Below are positions 59,685 to 64,000 of a stretch of DNA of 64,000 bases, piece by piece. The notes below the pieces were generated by a model, which saw only the letters and a list, made by a program, of their open reading frames with translations, ran no database searches and was not told the DNA's origin. The DNA comes from Chrysomallon squamiferum. Taxonomy: Eukaryota; Animalia; Mollusca. The translations under genes and the position numbers were made by a program. Location: NCBI GenBank assembly GCA_012295275.1, contig CM022672.1:16058001-16122000 (forward strand), written 5' to 3'. Within the stretch, counting starts at the first letter, position 1. Every line of letters starts with the position of its first letter.

Positions 59685-60279
59685 CTTAGAGTATGAAAAC
59701 AAGCAAGGTACACACAGGTTTTGTAAAACTTCTCTGTTGTTTGTTTTGTCATTCCTTCCGTCCATTCATGTGTTTTCCCTCCTCCATCCATTCATGGGGG
59801 AAATTATATCAGCAAGGGTGCCTTGAAGGCTAGAAGTTTTTTTCTTAAAGTGACATCTGAACATTAAAATGTTATTTGTGTTGGAAATAGATTTCGATTA
59901 GGGAAACATTCGGTTAAAAGCTTTAAATAGTAAATCTGCTAGAACAATACTTTGGATATTTTTAAAAACCAAACAAAAAATAAAGCTGAAAAAAAAATAA
60001 AAATTATAATTTCATTTCACAGGAAAATATGTACTTAATGTATTAAATTTAGATCTTATTTTAATTAACCATTTTTTTTTTTTTTTTTTTTTCTTTCATT
60101 TTTTTCTTTACGTTTTTTTCTGTATATATAGATTTGTAGAAATACACACATGGATATTTATTTATATCCAAGTTTGTTCAGTAGTTTAAATTAAACTGAA
60201 AGAAATAATAATTAAATAACTTATTATGATTTCTAACATCATCCTTGATATTTATCAAAATGAAAACTGCAAATAATGT

Positions 60280-60670
60280 AACACATTTCATTTAAAAGAT
60301 AATCAATTATAAACATTAACATATTTTTTAAAAGCATTTTAAAAGAAAAACAATCTAAAAAACATCTAAATCATTTTAAAAGACAACTTATAAAACCATC
60401 AAAAACATTTTTAAAAGACAAATTATAAAAACCATCTAACGCTTTTTTAAAAGACAATTTATAAAAACAGTCTAACATTTTTAATAGGTAATTTATAAAA
60501 TCCACTGAAAACCTTGTTGAAAAAAAACAAAAACATGTAACACATTTTTGAAAGGTGATTCATAAAAATCATATAACACATTTTTAAAAGGCAATTAATA
60601 ACAATGATCTAACACATTCTTGAAAGGAAATTTCTGAAACCATCTATTACATTTTTAAAAGGCAATTAAT
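60280..60670 (+). repeat. Minisatellite of about 33 bp, about 11 degenerate copies
   Basis: acatttttaaaagacaatttataaaaccatcta-like units. Confidence 0.85.
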
Positions 60671-61959
60671 AATCTTTTTCTTTTTCTGCTTCTTCTTCTT
60701 TTCAGTTTTGAAAACAAATTGCCTTATGGTAGCGCAGGATTAAATAACCATGGTTTCAGTTTCTAATCCAATACTTCTGCAGAACATTTCTCATGTGTAC
60801 AGGTGCTTTTAAAACTTTTTTATAATTGTGACATCACTTTTCATGCCAAACATATGACATGTTTATGATTTCAGCTTTTATAAATTTTACTTTAAAAACC
60901 AAAAGAAGATTTAAAAAAAATATCTATAACAATAACAATAAAAACAAAATGAAAAAAAAAAAAAAAAAAAAGACATTTATTTAAATTAGGCATTTAAAAA
61001 CAAGGATGATATCTATTAAAATATGGCAGTTTATTATCCCCTTGTAGGTTTGAATTTATTTTTTCACAAACTTAAATAACTGACACCTTTCCAGTAAGAT
61101 AATCGCTCAAAAGATAATTTTTTTCTCTCACAATTTTTACAGAAATTTTAAAAATTAAACTCTAGAAATGTTAATATCTATAGCATTTACAAAATATATG
61201 CATCTCTGTATGTCATGATAATATGTGTGTGTGTGTGTATATATTTGTATGAATGTATATGTGTGTGTGTGTATGTATGTATGTATGTATGTATGAATGT
61301 ATGTATATTTAATTTTTAAATTTGTTTTTTCAAATATTGTCTAAGACACCTACAATGATTTTACATCTAAATTAAATTAATTTCAGTATGAAAATTCCAC
61401 CTTTTAAATATAACAATATAATACTTGAAATTTAAAAAAAAAAAAGATCTCATTTCAGAATCATCAAGCCATTAAATCATAAAACTTAAAACATCTGGAT
61501 AAAATGCATTTATTTACATAGAGGTATCTGTTATTCAAATTAAGCCACGAAGAAACTGCTCTGCCAGTGGAGATGTATAAAGATACTGCTGTATCAAGTA
61601 ACATGTTCATAAACGTGACATTTTTATTGTGAAACAGCACTGCACACCGACACACAAGGGGTTAACGTGAGGCAAAACAAGACTCACGACAGTAAGGAAA
61701 TGCTTACACCCTTTATATGTCAAGACCTTTCAGTGCTGAAGTGTCAGGAAATGAAGAGGTCATTTGCCCGATAAATGCCAAATTCTCTCTACCAATATGG
61801 CATCAAAACAAAAGTGGAAGTCTTTTTTTAAATATGGGTCAAGTGAGTGTTCTGAGCAAGTGGATATCTGACATAACAAAACACTGAATACAGTGGACAG
61901 TGTTAATGTAATCATTCCACAGAGACTTTGCAGTGATTAATCACCTGTTATTGGATTAA

Positions 61960-62350
61960 TTTGATTCAGGAAGATTTCAGAAGTCAATATGCACTGATTC
62001 AGCAGATTTCAGCAAATGCCTTTAAGTTGACTCAGCAGGATTTCAAAACTGCTGCTCTATTTCGCAAGACATCTCTAAAACCTCTGATGTATTCAGCAAT
62101 AATTTAGAAATACTTGTCCTGTGTATTTAGTTAGTTAGATTTCAGAAATGTCTATGCCATTTATATTCAGCAACATTATTTTAATAATTACCTATTCTTT
62201 GTATTTTGCAAACTTTTATTATTGCCTTTATAATTATGTAGTTGGCAGTATTTAGAACTGCCTACCAGTGTTTCTATTAATATATATTTAGAAGATTTTC
62301 AAAACTGCCTTTGTTAATTAAAAAGATTTTTGTACTTCCCTATCACTGTA
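61960..62350 (+). repeat. Degenerate minisatellite
   Basis: Recurring attcagcagatttcagaa..tgcct. Confidence 0.6.
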
Positions 62351-62761
62351 TTCAACAAGTCTGATCAATATTTACATAATCATTTACTTGGACAGAGTAG
62401 TGACAGTGTATTGATTAACAGCAATGTTATTACACTGATTTAGGAACAGTGCTTTTGTACATTCAGTGAAAACACCAGCAATACAACGTTTTTTTTATTA
62501 CATCTGCATGACAGCCAGTCAACCATGGGCAATACTGCTACAGAAGATATTATTCCTCATCTAAAGTAGCAGTATTCATAATTGTTGGAGCAGTAGCTGT
62601 AGTAGCAGTAGTAGTGGTTGTAGTAGTAGTAGTATTTTGTCTTTATCTCATCTTATAATTTGCTTCATTTACTTCTTTTTTGTTCTTTTTAAAAAATCTT
62701 TATTTTCTGAATTTGTTTTCTCTCTTTTACACACACATACATACATACAGACAGACAGACA

Positions 62762-62800
<39 letters not shown>

Positions 62801-63263
62801 TCACAAACATGAACACACACAACAACCATACATCCACATAATACATATATACATTTTCAATTTTTCACTTTCATTTTTAAAAAATTCCAGCATCATGAAT
62901 ATAGATATAAAATAAACAGAAACTTCTTTCTTTATCATCCATGCAAAAAAAAAAAAAATAATAATAATAATAAAAAAAAAATAAGGAAATGTAAATGTTA
63001 TCTTAAGTGTTGAAAAATGTCTTATTTTTAATGTAAAACTGGCAATTATTCAAAACATTTACGACTAAGTTCCTAGTTGACAAAGGTGCCACTGTCGAGC
63101 AACTACAAGTTTATGTTTAAATGTGAAAAGATGACTTGTCCTGACAGCTGCATTAATCACCCCCATCATCAGCAGCATTACATGATTATTATTTATGTAC
63201 ATATCTAGAAGGCAAAAAATTATTCTTCTTTTAATTTGGTCTTTCTCAACTTTAACGTATGTC

Positions 63264-63311
<48 letters not shown>

Positions 63312-64000
63312 TAAAATATACACACAACACAAACACACAGATACCTACATTTCATTTTCTACTTTTAAACCTTATTAGGTTTTATTTTTAAATAACTCAT
63401 TTGAAAATATAATATGTCAAGATCTGAAATATTACTCAAATATATCCTGCCATTGCATAAGAACAACTTCTGTAAGGCCAATGCCACCTGTATTCAGATC
63501 ACTTCACAATAGAATGAGTGCTTATTATAACTGGCAACATAATCTGCAATCAGAATGAACAGAGCGGAGATTGTTTACACAGTAAATGACCGGTGTAGAT
63601 AGCCAGATAGGGCACCCTCTTATCTGACCACAGTTCACTACTTATGTTATCAAAAGGCCAAACGGTCAGAGTGTGCCTGGCATTCTCAGAAAACCTGCAA
63701 TCACGGAATTCAATTTGAACTGCTGGAATTCAATCTTCAACAGGTTCTTAGTGTTTATTTTTATCACAGCACTGCTTGACCCCGCTTCTTTCCAGGTGTA
63801 CAGTACTTGTGTAATAATTACACCTTACTTCATCCACTAACCAAGTATCTCTTTGAAATGTTTGCATGGGTAATTAATTTTTTTTTACAAGAATTGTTTA
63901 GCATCTGTTTAAGTGTCATTTGCAAATAAAGAGTATATTATTTTCAATCAATTTAAATTTTATTTTGATCATTTGTAGAAGACAGTGTTTTTTTAATTTA

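Overview
Very AT-rich (roughly 30% GC by eye), CpG-depleted, microsatellite-dense eukaryotic DNA. It looks like an animal genome; a mollusc/cephalopod-like origin is only a compositional guess. No complete gene, rRNA, tRNA, CRISPR array or coding transposon is visible, and almost all ORFs in the track are simple-repeat artefacts. The window reads as intronic sequence of a large minus-strand gene. One clean 47-nt exon (18311-18357, likely xFDLELLDDDIDIGRT) is present, plus several weak candidate ATG-bearing alternative exons. The non-coding DNA alternates AT-rich low-complexity spacers with 150-700 bp higher-complexity 'islands', about one per kb, that share TGACA/CAGGT/GATAA/TAAT words. Two observations stand out: (1) an inverted pair of islands 6.5 kb apart with a 100%-identical 176-bp core but diverged flanks, centred on a candidate exon; (2) a CpG-rich island at about 12.0 kb with two interleaved inverted repeats in pseudoknot order. 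About ten unrelated local minisatellites and many microsatellites are also present.
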